64,000 bases of DNA from Escherichia phage p000y. Positions within the stretch are counted from its first letter, which is position 1. Each line of letters begins with the position of its first letter. Location: sequence record MK047718.1, one strand, 5' to 3'. Below the pieces are notes generated by a model, which made no database searches, was not told where the DNA came from, and saw nothing but the letters and a program-made list of their open reading frames with translations. A program made the position numbers and the translations under genes. Below, in pieces: positions 27,693 to 36,894 of this stretch.

Positions 27693-28061
27693 ATGATTGA
27701 AATTAAATTGAAGAACCCTGAAGATTTTCTGAAAGTCAAAGAGACTTTGACCCGTATGGGCATCGCTAATAACAAGGATAAAGTCCTTTACCAGTCTTGT
27801 CATATCCTCCAAAAGCAGGGTAAATATTACATCGTCCACTTTAAAGAAATGTTGCGTATGGACGGACGTCAGGTTGATATTGACGGTGAAGACTATCAGC
27901 GACGTGATTCGATTGCCCAGTTGCTTGAAGACTGGGGATTGATTGTTATTGAAGACTCTGCTCGTGAAGATCTGTTTGGCCTGACTAATAACTTCCGTGT
28001 TATCTCTTTTAAACAGAAAGATGACTGGACTTTGAAAGCAAAATACACAATTGGTAATTAA
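27693..28061 (+). CDS. regA: Translational repressor RegA
   Basis: 122 aa from ATG 27693; MIEI.LK.PEDFLKVKETLTRMGIANNKDKVLYQSCHILQK... reads as T4 RegA. Confidence 0.9.
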   Translation: MIEIKLKNPEDFLKVKETLTRMGIANNKDKVLYQSCHILQKQGKYYIVHFKEMLRMDGRQVDIDGEDYQRRDSIAQLLEDWGLIVIEDSAREDLFGLTNNFRVISFKQKDDWTLKAKYTIGN

Positions 28062-28064
28062 AGC

Positions 28065-28084
28065 AATGGGACTTCGGTCCCATT
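28065..28084 (+). terminator. UUCG-tetraloop hairpin after regA (weak T-tract)
   Basis: AATGGGAC-TTCG-GTCCCATT followed only by TGG; may act as a partial terminator or stability element. Confidence 0.4.
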
Positions 28085-28142
28085 TGGAGTATAATAAGTT
28101 CATCAACAAACAAAAGACAATAACTCGTCTAAAGGAAATTAA

Positions 28143-30854
28143 ATGAAAGAATTTTACTTAACGGTTGAACAGATTGGTGATTCAATTTTTGAACGTTACA
28201 TCGATTCTAATGGCCGTGAACGTACTCGTGAAGTAGAATATAAACCATCACTGTTTGCTCATTGTCCAGAAAGTCAGGCTACGAAATATTTCGATATCTA
28301 CGGTAAGCCGTGTACTCGTAAGTTGTTCGCTAATATGCGTGATGCCTCCCAATGGATTAAACGCATGGAAGATATCGGACTTGAAGCACTTGGCATGGAC
28401 GATTTCAAATTGGCGTATTTGTCTGACACTTATAACTATGAAATCAAATACGACCATACAAAAATTCGTGTGGCTAACTTCGACATCGAAGTAACATCTC
28501 CGGACGGGTTCCCTGAGCCGGCACAAGCAAAGCATCCGATTGATGCTATCACCCATTATGACTCAATTGACGACAGGTTCTATGTATTTGATCTATTGAA
28601 TTCTCCATACGGCAATGTGGAAGAATGGTCTATCGAAATTGCGGCTAAGCTTCAAGAACAAGGTGGTGATGAAGTTCCATCCGAAATTATCGACAAAATT
28701 GTTTATATGCCGTTTGATAATGAAAAAGAATTATTGATGGAATATCTCAACTTCTGGCAACAGAAAACTCCTGTCATTTTGACTGGATGGAACGTTGAGT
28801 CATTTGATATTCCATATGTGTATAACCGAATCAAGAATATTTTTGGCGAATCTACTGCGAAACGTTTATCACCACATCGTAAAACTCGTGTTAAAGTTAT
28901 CGAAAACATGTATGGTTCTCGTGAAATCATTACATTGTTCGGTATCTCTGTTCTTGATTACATTGACCTTTACAAAAAGTTCTCTTTCACGAACCAACCG
29001 TCGTATTCTCTGGATTACATTTCAGAATTTGAATTGAACGTTGGTAAACTGAAATATGACGGCCCTATTTCTAAACTTCGTGAAAGCAATCACCAACGAT
29101 ATATTTCTTATAACATTATCGATGTGTATCGTGTATTGCAAATTGATGCTAAGCGTCAGTTCATCAACTTGAGTTTGGACATGGGTTATTATGCTAAAAT
29201 TCAGATTCAATCTGTGTTCAGTCCAATTAAAACATGGGATGCTATTATTTTTAATAGCCTTAAAGAGCAGAACAAGGTGATTCCACAAGGTCGTTCTCAC
29301 CCGGTTCAACCTTATCCTGGCGCTTTTGTTAAGGAACCTATTCCAAATCGATACAAATATGTAATGAGTTTCGACCTTACATCTCTGTATCCAAGTATTA
29401 TTCGCCAAGTGAATATTAGCCCTGAAACAATAGCAGGAACGTTTAAAGTAGCTCCACTGCATGATTATATTAACGCAATCGCTGAACGTCCTTCAGATGT
29501 GTACAGTTGCTCTCCTAACGGCATGATGTATTATAAAGACCGTGATGGTGTAGTTCCAACTGAAATCACTAAGGTCTTTAATCAACGTAAAGAACATAAA
29601 GGTTACATGCTTGCAGCTCAACGTAATGGTGAAATAATTAAAGAGGCATTGCATAATCCTAATCTTTCTGTTGACGAACCATTAGATGTTGATTATCGTT
29701 TTGACTTCACTGACGAGATTAAAGAAAAGATTAAAAAGTTGTCTGCTAAATCTCTTAATGAAATGTTGTTTAGAGCTCAACGTACTGAAGTTGCAGGTAT
29801 GACTGCACAAATTAACCGTAAATTGCTTATCAACTCACTTTATGGTGCACTTGGCAACGTTTGGTTCCGTTATTATGATTTGCGTAATGCTACTGCAATC
29901 ACAACATTTGGTCAAATGGCTTTACAGTGGATTGAACGTAAAGTTAATGAATATCTGAATGAAGTTTGTGGTACAGAAGGTGAAGCTTTCGTTCTTTATG
30001 GTGATACAGACTCTATTTACGTATCTGCTGATAAAATTATCGATAAGGTTGGTGAATCTAAATTCCGTGATACCAACCATTGGGTAGACTTCTTAGATAA
30101 GTTTGCTCGTGAACGTATGGAACCTGCTATTGATAGAGGTTTCCGTGAAATGTGTGAATACATGAACAATAAACAACACTTAATGTTCATGGACCGAGAA
30201 GCTATCGCTGGGCCTCCGCTTGGTTCTAAAGGTATTGGCGGATTTTGGACTGGTAAGAAACGTTATGCATTAAACGTGTGGGATATGGAAGGTACTCGTT
30301 ACGCTGAGCCTAAACTCAAAATCATGGGTCTCGAAACACAGAAATCTTCGACTCCTAAAGCAGTACAGAAAGCTCTTAAAGAATGTATTCGTCGTATGCT
30401 TCAAGAAGGTGAAGAATCATTACAAGAATATTTTAAAGAGTTTGAAAAAGAATTCCGTCAATTGAATTATATTAGCATCGCGTCGGTATCTTCTGCGAAT
30501 AACATTGCTAAATATGATGTAGGTGGATTCCCGGGTCCTAAATGCCCGTTCCATATTCGTGGAATTCTGACATATAACCGAGCTATCAAAGGTAATATTG
30601 ATGCACCACAAGTTGTAGAAGGTGAAAAAGTATATGTTCTGCCTTTACGTGAAGGAAACCCATTCGGTGATAAATGTATCGCATGGCCTTCTGGTACTGA
30701 AATCACAGATTTAATTAAAGACGATGTACTTCATTGGATGGACTACACTGTTCTCCTTGAGAAGACATTTATTAAACCACTTGAAGGATTCACATCAGCA
30801 GCTAAACTCGATTACGAGAAGAAAGCATCTCTGTTCGATATGTTTGATTTTTGA
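28143..30854 (+). CDS. 43: DNA polymerase gp43 (family B)
   Basis: 903 aa; exo motif FDIEV, pol motifs DLTSLYPSII, KLLINSLYG, YGDTDS; length and N-terminus read as RB69-type gp43. Confidence 0.95.
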   Translation: MKEFYLTVEQIGDSIFERYIDSNGRERTREVEYKPSLFAHCPESQATKYFDIYGKPCTRKLFANMRDASQWIKRMEDIGLEALGMDDFKLAYLSDTYNYEIKYDHTKIRVANFDIEVTSPDGFPEPAQAKHPIDAITHYDSIDDRFYVFDLLNSPYGNVEEWSIEIAAKLQEQGGDEVPSEIIDKIVYMPFDNEKELLMEYLNFWQQKTPVILTGWNVESFDIPYVYNRIKNIFGESTAKRLSPHRKTRVKVIENMYGSREIITLFGISVLDYIDLYKKFSFTNQPSYSLDYISEFELNVGKLKYDGPISKLRESNHQRYISYNIIDVYRVLQIDAKRQFINLSLDMGYYAKIQIQSVFSPIKTWDAIIFNSLKEQNKVIPQGRSHPVQPYPGAFVKEPIPNRYKYVMSFDLTSLYPSIIRQVNISPETIAGTFKVAPLHDYINAIAERPSDVYSCSPNGMMYYKDRDGVVPTEITKVFNQRKEHKGYMLAAQRNGEIIKEALHNPNLSVDEPLDVDYRFDFTDEIKEKIKKLSAKSLNEMLFRAQRTEVAGMTAQINRKLLINSLYGALGNVWFRYYDLRNATAITTFGQMALQWIERKVNEYLNEVCGTEGEAFVLYGDTDSIYVSADKIIDKVGESKFRDTNHWVDFLDKFARERMEPAIDRGFREMCEYMNNKQHLMFMDREAIAGPPLGSKGIGGFWTGKKRYALNVWDMEGTRYAEPKLKIMGLETQKSSTPKAVQKALKECIRRMLQEGEESLQEYFKEFEKEFRQLNYISIASVSSANNIAKYDVGGFPGPKCPFHIRGILTYNRAIKGNIDAPQVVEGEKVYVLPLREGNPFGDKCIAWPSGTEITDLIKDDVLHWMDYTVLLEKTFIKPLEGFTSAAKLDYEKKASLFDMFDF

Positions 30855-30894
30855 TATAATGCCAAGGACGGCCAACTAATTAAATGAGAGAAAT

Positions 30895-31530
30895 ATGAAA
30901 ACTACACCAATCACTATCGCTATTGACGCAATCGTAAAACAAGCTTCATCTCTTGCCACTATGGCTAAAGTAATTAGTCAAAACCCTGCTCGTTATAATG
31001 CTATTCTAGAAACTCTTCGACGCCCGGGACTTAGTAATTATGAAAGCCGAGTAATTATTACAGGTGTTGGTAAGAACGCTAATATCGCAACTAAAGCTTC
31101 CGAGACTTTTGCTTCACTCGGTATCCCAAGTATGTACTTGAACACTGGGCATTATTCTCATGGTGACGCAGGATTTATTGCACCTAATGATGTATTAGTT
31201 CACATCAGTCGTTCTGGTAAGACTGAAGAAATGATAGGTGTTGCTAAACATCTTCGTATGATTCGTCCTCAGGTTAAACAGATTCTGTTACATTGTAACC
31301 CTGACATTCCACAAGAATACGAAGCTCTTTTTGATTATACGTTCTGTACCGGTATCGCGGTAGAAGTTGACGAGAACTCTTTAGCTCCGACAATGTCTAC
31401 TACATTGTTGTTAGCGCTTATCGATACGTTCGCTATCAACCTTTCGTCTGAACGTGGATTTACCTCTAATGACTTCCTTAAGTTCCATCCAGGCGGTGCA
31501 CTAGGTGCCATGTTACGAGGCGAACAATGA
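30895..31530 (+). CDS. SIS-domain sugar-phosphate isomerase (KdsD/arabinose-5-phosphate isomerase-like)
   Basis: 211 aa; ITGVGKNANIATKASETFASLGIPS...HGDAG...HISRSGKTEE follows the KdsD/GutQ SIS pattern (GxGKS, ATFASxG, HGDxG, SxSGxTxE). Confidence 0.6.
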   Translation: MKTTPITIAIDAIVKQASSLATMAKVISQNPARYNAILETLRRPGLSNYESRVIITGVGKNANIATKASETFASLGIPSMYLNTGHYSHGDAGFIAPNDVLVHISRSGKTEEMIGVAKHLRMIRPQVKQILLHCNPDIPQEYEALFDYTFCTGIAVEVDENSLAPTMSTTLLLALIDTFAINLSSERGFTSNDFLKFHPGGALGAMLRGEQ

Positions 31531-31670
31531 AAGCAATAACAATAGGACTTTTACTATTGATGCTTGTCATGACTATCTACTGGAGCTTAACGGCTCCAGT
31601 AATGATTCCAACACTTGTAATTGGATGGATTATGATTGGACTACAAGCAAAGTATGAATGCTTTAACTAG
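31527..31670 (+). CDS. Small hydrophobic membrane peptide, 47 aa
   Basis: ATGA-coupled to the SIS gene; MKAITIGLLLLMLVMTIYWSLTAPVMIPTLVIGWIMIGL...; below the track cutoff. Confidence 0.4.
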   Translation: MKAITIGLLLLMLVMTIYWSLTAPVMIPTLVIGWIMIGLQAKYECFN

Positions 31671-31711
31671 AATAGTGTACAATACTCCTACTTACCAATG
31701 AGGACTTCAAC

Positions 31712-33397
31712 ATGAAAAAAGCTGTTATTCTTGGTGCTGGATTGGCAACTCGTTTATATCCAATAACGCATCATATTCCTAAGGTGCTTGTTAACTATAA
31801 ACAAGACACTATTCTGAGCAATTTGTATACAATTTATTCTGACCTTGGCGCAGATGAAATTATTGTAGTAGTTCATTCAAAATTTGCTGAAACTGTTCGA
31901 GCTTATTGTGAGCAAGAAGGGTTCAATGTGACTATTCGTACAGTTGATGAAGCATACGGTTCTGCTTATGCTCTTGCTAAATTACACAAAGATTTAGACG
32001 GCCATAACGTAATTGTTAACTGGTGTGATATTATTCCTGACTTTGGTTCATGGTCTTGGAATGTTAACGCAATCTATGTTAAGGGTGATGAATGTCGATA
32101 TAATTTCGATGGTGAAAATATCACTAACGTAGGTTCAACAGGTGGTAATGTTGTAGGAATTTATCAGTTCAAAGACTGGGAATTCTACATGGGTTCTACT
32201 GATGAGGAAATTCACGAATACTGCAAAGGTCGTGATTTCGTAGAATTCCTTTACGGCAGTGCATTCAATAAATCAGAGCTTATGAATCTAATTGATTTAG
32301 GTGATATGCCTAAACTTGAAAAGGCTCATGAAGTTCGTGAACTGAATCGTAGTTTTAATGCAGTTGAAATTGGCGAAGAAACTGTAACTAAATTCGCGTT
32401 AACCGAACAAGGTCGAGCTCTTCAAAAAGATGAGATTTCATGGTATTTGAAAGTGAAATCAGATTCAGTTCCTCAGTTAGTTTCGGTAAATGAAAATAAT
32501 TTTGAAATGGAACGTATTAAAGGTAAGCCGGCATTTGAATATATTAAATCCAAATCAAGTCTTGCTCGTCCACAAATTGTTGATGCAATTTTAGATGCAC
32601 TGAAATTCAGCACGGACACTTATTTTGTAAGTCCTGAAACTGTTCGCCGTGATTTCACTAAAGAGTTCTATACGAAAGTTATTGATCGTTGTGAAAGCAT
32701 TCAGCCATTGATTGATTCATTTGGTAAAATCACACACGTGAACTACACTAAAATTGGACGTCTGAAGCCAATGTTGAAACAAGCTTTAGAACATCTTATT
32801 CGTTATCATAACCGTTCTCAGGGACAGTACTCTGTTATTCATGGTGACCCGAACTTCAGTAATACTATGATTACCGATAACGGCGAAGTCAAGTTTATCG
32901 ACCCTCGTGGATATTTTGGTGAAACCAAGATTTACGGGCCAAAATTATATGATGAAGCTAAAGTGCTTTATGCTGTTTCAGGTTATGATGAATTCAATGC
33001 TAATCCGACCTGGGGACAGTTTACTATTGATGAAACAACTTGTAATGTGACTATTAACATCAATCCATTAGTTTACAAATATGGAAAGATGAGTTCGTTT
33101 AACGAGTATCATCATTTGGCTGTAGCAATTATCTGGATTGCATTAGGTGGTTATTTCAAGAATAATCCACTTAAAGCGGTTGCCGCATATTATAAAGGTA
33201 TGGAACTTCTGACTAAGCAATTACGTAACATGGGCCGTGTACTTCAAGACGGCTCTATTAGTTATGACGTAGCAGAACCTGTAACGGCTACTCTGATTAC
33301 AAAAAATCCTGGTAAATGGGTACTAACTGATAAAGAAACTGGTGTTTCCTATCGTCCAATCGGCGGCGATATCACTCATCAATGGGAACGAATCTAA
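31712..33397 (+). CDS. Bifunctional sugar-1-phosphate nucleotidyltransferase / APH-fold anomeric sugar kinase (MurU-AmgK-like fusion)
   Basis: 561 aa; N-terminal NTase motif AVILGAGLATRL; C-terminal kinase motifs HGDPNFSNTMI and FIDPRGYFG; RBS TGAGGA. Confidence 0.6.
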   Translation: MKKAVILGAGLATRLYPITHHIPKVLVNYKQDTILSNLYTIYSDLGADEIIVVVHSKFAETVRAYCEQEGFNVTIRTVDEAYGSAYALAKLHKDLDGHNVIVNWCDIIPDFGSWSWNVNAIYVKGDECRYNFDGENITNVGSTGGNVVGIYQFKDWEFYMGSTDEEIHEYCKGRDFVEFLYGSAFNKSELMNLIDLGDMPKLEKAHEVRELNRSFNAVEIGEETVTKFALTEQGRALQKDEISWYLKVKSDSVPQLVSVNENNFEMERIKGKPAFEYIKSKSSLARPQIVDAILDALKFSTDTYFVSPETVRRDFTKEFYTKVIDRCESIQPLIDSFGKITHVNYTKIGRLKPMLKQALEHLIRYHNRSQGQYSVIHGDPNFSNTMITDNGEVKFIDPRGYFGETKIYGPKLYDEAKVLYAVSGYDEFNANPTWGQFTIDETTCNVTININPLVYKYGKMSSFNEYHHLAVAIIWIALGGYFKNNPLKAVAAYYKGMELLTKQLRNMGRVLQDGSISYDVAEPVTATLITKNPGKWVLTDKETGVSYRPIGGDITHQWERI

Positions 33398-33783
33398 TGC
33401 ACCGTGTAGAAAACATGCTTAATCTTTGTTTTGATGTCGATGATTGTATAACAGAGTGGAATAACAATCGTGATTACGTGAACTTCAAACCAGACGTCGA
33501 AATGGTGTCTGCCATTAATGCCCTGTATGATGCAGGGCATACCATAACGCTTTACACTGCCCGTGGTATGAAGTCGGTAGGTCCTGGTCGTATAGCAATT
33601 GACATTCTCCCAAGTCTGATTCAGAACTTGGAAAACATTGGTTTGAAGTACCATAATTTGCTAACACATAAACCAGTATATGATTGGATTATCGACGACA
33701 AAGCTATGCGTCCTGACGAATTCAAAGCTCTTATGAATAAAGGCGAATTCGAAACATTTAAATCATATAAACCAAATCTATAA
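33397..33783 (+). CDS. HAD-superfamily phosphatase (KdsC-like), about 128 aa
   Basis: HAD motif I FDVDDCIT, motif II LYTARG, motif IV WIIDDKA; TAATG overlap with the upstream gene. Confidence 0.55.
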   Translation: MHRVENMLNLCFDVDDCITEWNNNRDYVNFKPDVEMVSAINALYDAGHTITLYTARGMKSVGPGRIAIDILPSLIQNLENIGLKYHNLLTHKPVYDWIIDDKAMRPDEFKALMNKGEFETFKSYKPNL

Positions 33784-33829
33784 TAATTTAAGTAAGACCT
33801 GCAAAAACCATCGCATCAATTAACGCGAG

Positions 33830-34999
33830 ATGCAAAAAATGAATACTTTTAAAATCGGAACGAATTTTGATTTAGCTCTTCTTGATAAAATCGTAGAGCT
33901 CAATAAAACCTATCCTAATAGCTTGATAAACGAAGTATATGGCTCTACAAGAGAAATGGCTTTTGTAGCAGCCAGACCTGATTTTAGGCTTCCTGACGTT
34001 GACAAAAAGATGTTAGAAGACTACGTTAAACGTTGTAACGAATTAGGTATTTGCTTTAACTATACACTCAACACGATAAATCCTGGTTCAAAAAGAGAAC
34101 TAGTTGAGTGGAAGAAGAAAGCTATTCAGGATTATGTTCAGTATCTTTGGTCAATAGGCGTATGGCGTATTACTATCGCTAACCCTGTTGTTATGGAAAT
34201 TGTTCGTGAAGTCAATAAAGATATTGAGATTGAAGTTTCAACAATTCTACATGTCGATGCGGTAACTCAAATCAAATACTTACATGACCAATATAACATC
34301 AAAAAGGTCTGTTGCGGAATTCATAAGAACCGTTCAGTTTCTTTCCTGAAGCGTGCAGCAGAGTTTTGCAATAAGAACAATATAATATTTGAAGTTCTTG
34401 TAAATGAGTTCTGTTCTAATGCTGGTAAAGGGTATACAACACATTGTAGTTATCGTGACTCTTGCTATATTTTCCATAGTACTGATGTTACCGCTGATGA
34501 TGCTAAATCCTTAAATGGATATCCTATGCAGCACTGTATTAAAGCTCGTGATACAGACCCATTTAACTGGTTGAGAACTCGTTTTGTTCGTCCTCAAGAT
34601 TTGAAACTTTATAATGATATTGGTATCACTCAATTCAAAGTTTCAGGACGTACAGGTAGCACAGACTACATTTTGAAAGTTCTTGAAGCATACGCTTCTG
34701 AAAAGTTTGAAGGTAATTTGTTAGAACTGTGGAAGCCTTTAGAGACTATTTTCACTCTTGAAAATGAGACTGAGTTTTCACATACAGTAAATATTGAAAC
34801 CTCTTTGTTAGATGGCTTTTTAGAAAAAAGGTGGTTCAGACATCCAGATTTTGATTGTGCTAATGAAATCTGTGGGTCAACGTGTACATATTGTGAAAGG
34901 TATTATAAACGTCAATTATCTAAAAACGGGTTAGCAGAAAACTCCATATCTATTATTGATATAACTAACTCTGATGACGCTTTGAGGTACCCGGAATGA
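33830..34999 (+). CDS. Cys-rich enzyme of unknown function, 389 aa (possibly peptidase-U32-like/Fe-S)
   Basis: Clustered cysteines (VCCGIH, FCSNAGKGYTTHCSYRDSCY, C-terminal CANEICGSTCTYC); family assignment is tentative. Confidence 0.35.
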   Translation: MQKMNTFKIGTNFDLALLDKIVELNKTYPNSLINEVYGSTREMAFVAARPDFRLPDVDKKMLEDYVKRCNELGICFNYTLNTINPGSKRELVEWKKKAIQDYVQYLWSIGVWRITIANPVVMEIVREVNKDIEIEVSTILHVDAVTQIKYLHDQYNIKKVCCGIHKNRSVSFLKRAAEFCNKNNIIFEVLVNEFCSNAGKGYTTHCSYRDSCYIFHSTDVTADDAKSLNGYPMQHCIKARDTDPFNWLRTRFVRPQDLKLYNDIGITQFKVSGRTGSTDYILKVLEAYASEKFEGNLLELWKPLETIFTLENETEFSHTVNIETSLLDGFLEKRWFRHPDFDCANEICGSTCTYCERYYKRQLSKNGLAENSISIIDITNSDDALRYPE

Positions 35000-35235
35000 T
35001 TTCTAGAAAAAGTTTTAATTATAAACTTAACGAAGAGATTTTGACTATGAAACTGAACACTAACGAACAAATTCTTAAAAAGGCCCTTATGGGCCTGTTT
35101 GAAACCAAAGCGGCTAAAGTGATTAAAGAACCTGTTCAATTGGAATACTACACTGATGCATTCCTTCATAGTGTTCTTGGAAGTATAGATTCTGAAGCTT
35201 TACGTTATATCAACATTGTCAAGAAATTCAAATAA
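34996..35235 (+). CDS. Hypothetical protein, 79 aa
   Basis: ATGA-coupled ORF. Confidence 0.35.
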   Translation: MISRKSFNYKLNEEILTMKLNTNEQILKKALMGLFETKAAKVIKEPVQLEYYTDAFLHSVLGSIDSEALRYINIVKKFK

Positions 35236-35258
35236 GCTTTACGAATTGAGTATATAAT
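35236..35258 (+). promoter_or_regulatory. Middle promoter (GCTTTA plus TATAAT) upstream of the hydroxymethylase gene
   Basis: GCTTTA 35236-35241, 11 nt, TATAAT 35253-35258; RBS GAGG before ATG 35278. Confidence 0.5.
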
Positions 35259-35277
35259 AAATTGTATTGAGGTAAAC

Positions 35278-35994
35278 ATGGGAAAACATAACACAATGAA
35301 ATATATCAAAGCCGCAGATTTTCAAACCGCATTTAAAGCAGTCAATCGTGAAATTTTAGAAAACCCGGAATTCGTAACTGATTCTCGTATTGGACGTTGT
35401 AATGAAATTGGGTCTATGACAGTAGTTGTTGACACTCCATCATCATTCAAAATGACCGACCCACGTATTAACCGCATCTCTTATGAATATGCCGAAGACT
35501 TCTGGAAGTTTATGATTTCTGGTGGTACCAACGCAGAAGAAGCGTTTAAGGCATATCCTAATGTCGCTAAATTTATTTCTAAACCAAAATCAGATGTTTT
35601 GCCGGCGAACTTCAACACTTTCTATGGTCCTCGCATTGCGGCCCAATTACCAACTCTTCTAAAAGAACTTAAAGAAAAACCTAACTCTCGAAGAGTTGTG
35701 TTCCAAATTCTAGAAAGTTCTGATCAGGCTTTGCTTGATTCGGACGAAACACTTGAATATCCATGTACTGACTCAGTAACTTATTATATTCGTGATGGTA
35801 AGCTTTATACCCACTGTCATATGCGTTCTCAGAACTGTGCTGTTGTTATGCAGTTGGATTTTTATCTCCAAGGAAAATTACTTCATTATATCGCTAACGA
35901 ATGCGGTGTAGAAGTTGGTGATTATACTCATACCATGGTAAGTGCCCATGTGTTTGAACGTGATTTTGATTATGTTAAAGGATTCCTTGACTAA
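35278..35994 (+). CDS. 42: Thymidylate-synthase-fold pyrimidine hydroxymethylase (gp42 dCMP hydroxymethylase-like, divergent)
   Basis: 238 aa; nucleophile-Cys context YPCTDSVTYYIRD and HMRSQN typical of the TS / dCMP-hydroxymethylase fold; same position as T4 gene 42. Confidence 0.6.
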   Translation: MGKHNTMKYIKAADFQTAFKAVNREILENPEFVTDSRIGRCNEIGSMTVVVDTPSSFKMTDPRINRISYEYAEDFWKFMISGGTNAEEAFKAYPNVAKFISKPKSDVLPANFNTFYGPRIAAQLPTLLKELKEKPNSRRVVFQILESSDQALLDSDETLEYPCTDSVTYYIRDGKLYTHCHMRSQNCAVVMQLDFYLQGKLLHYIANECGVEVGDYTHTMVSAHVFERDFDYVKGFLD

Positions 35995-36893
35995 TGGCTA
36001 TTTTCCGCGTACCAATCTTGAGTATGCGGTCTTATGAAACTGGACAGTATGCTATCCTTAAGGATGGCAACTTCCAACTTCATTTGCACCGTGCTAATCC
36101 GGGTGATGTGATTACATATCCACGTAATGCATCTGATATTAAAGAATGCGAACGTCTTTTCCCAGAATTTAAGTTTGTTCCATTATGGTATAAAGATAAC
36201 GCGTATAACACTCGTAAATATTTCTGGACTGAAAATGAATTTGTGGTTGATTCATTAATTGATTATTATGATTGTGATTTTCTAATCACAGATATCACTG
36301 GTTATGGCGGCGCTTTTGATGTGGAATTCAATTTCAATATCACTGCAGACCCTAATAAACCACGTTTTTATATTGATGAATTCTTAAAAACCGACATGTT
36401 GTCTGTTAATCGTTCACTTCAAACTACTGTGTTGAATGAACGTCAAAAAGAAGTGCTGGTTAACGCAGGTGCAGATGGTAATAAGATTATCGTAACGCAG
36501 AAAGTTATACGTCCTTCCATCATGCAGCGTCTTGTAGGTGATTTGGCTCCTATTCATCTAGATGGTATTTTTCATCCATTTCGAATTAGTGACCCATGTT
36601 ATCGTTTTGAACAAGTGGTTGAATGTGCAATTCAATTAGGTCAACCGCTTTATATAACCGATCCAAATAATAGCTTCGACAGAAATAAGTATCCTGAAGA
36701 AGCGCTGATTCGAATTTTTAAACCAACTAAAACTGAGTACTATCAAATTCTTAAAGGACGTCCGAAAATTCAATATTTCGAAAATCCTGAAGAAGTATTC
36801 CATCCAGGTCTTGGTGAGTTCATCTACTTTAATGCTTTAATTTCTTCGCCGTATAATATACCTAAATACGAAGATGTCGTAATCGAGGAATAA
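35994..36893 (+). CDS. Hypothetical protein, 299 aa, at the position of T4 beta-glucosyltransferase
   Basis: ATGA-coupled to the hydroxymethylase gene; no recognisable motif. Confidence 0.4.
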   Translation: MAIFRVPILSMRSYETGQYAILKDGNFQLHLHRANPGDVITYPRNASDIKECERLFPEFKFVPLWYKDNAYNTRKYFWTENEFVVDSLIDYYDCDFLITDITGYGGAFDVEFNFNITADPNKPRFYIDEFLKTDMLSVNRSLQTTVLNERQKEVLVNAGADGNKIIVTQKVIRPSIMQRLVGDLAPIHLDGIFHPFRISDPCYRFEQVVECAIQLGQPLYITDPNNSFDRNKYPEEALIRIFKPTKTEYYQILKGRPKIQYFENPEEVFHPGLGEFIYFNALISSPYNIPKYEDVVIEE

Positions 36894-36894
36894 A

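Noticed and set aside
27516-28109. 197-aa reverse-strand ORF from the track
   Set aside because: Lies entirely antisense to gp62 and regA; the low-complexity translation is typical of AT-rich antisense frames.
29022-29462. 146-aa reverse-strand ORF inside gene 43
   Set aside because: Antisense to the DNA polymerase coding sequence; no RBS.
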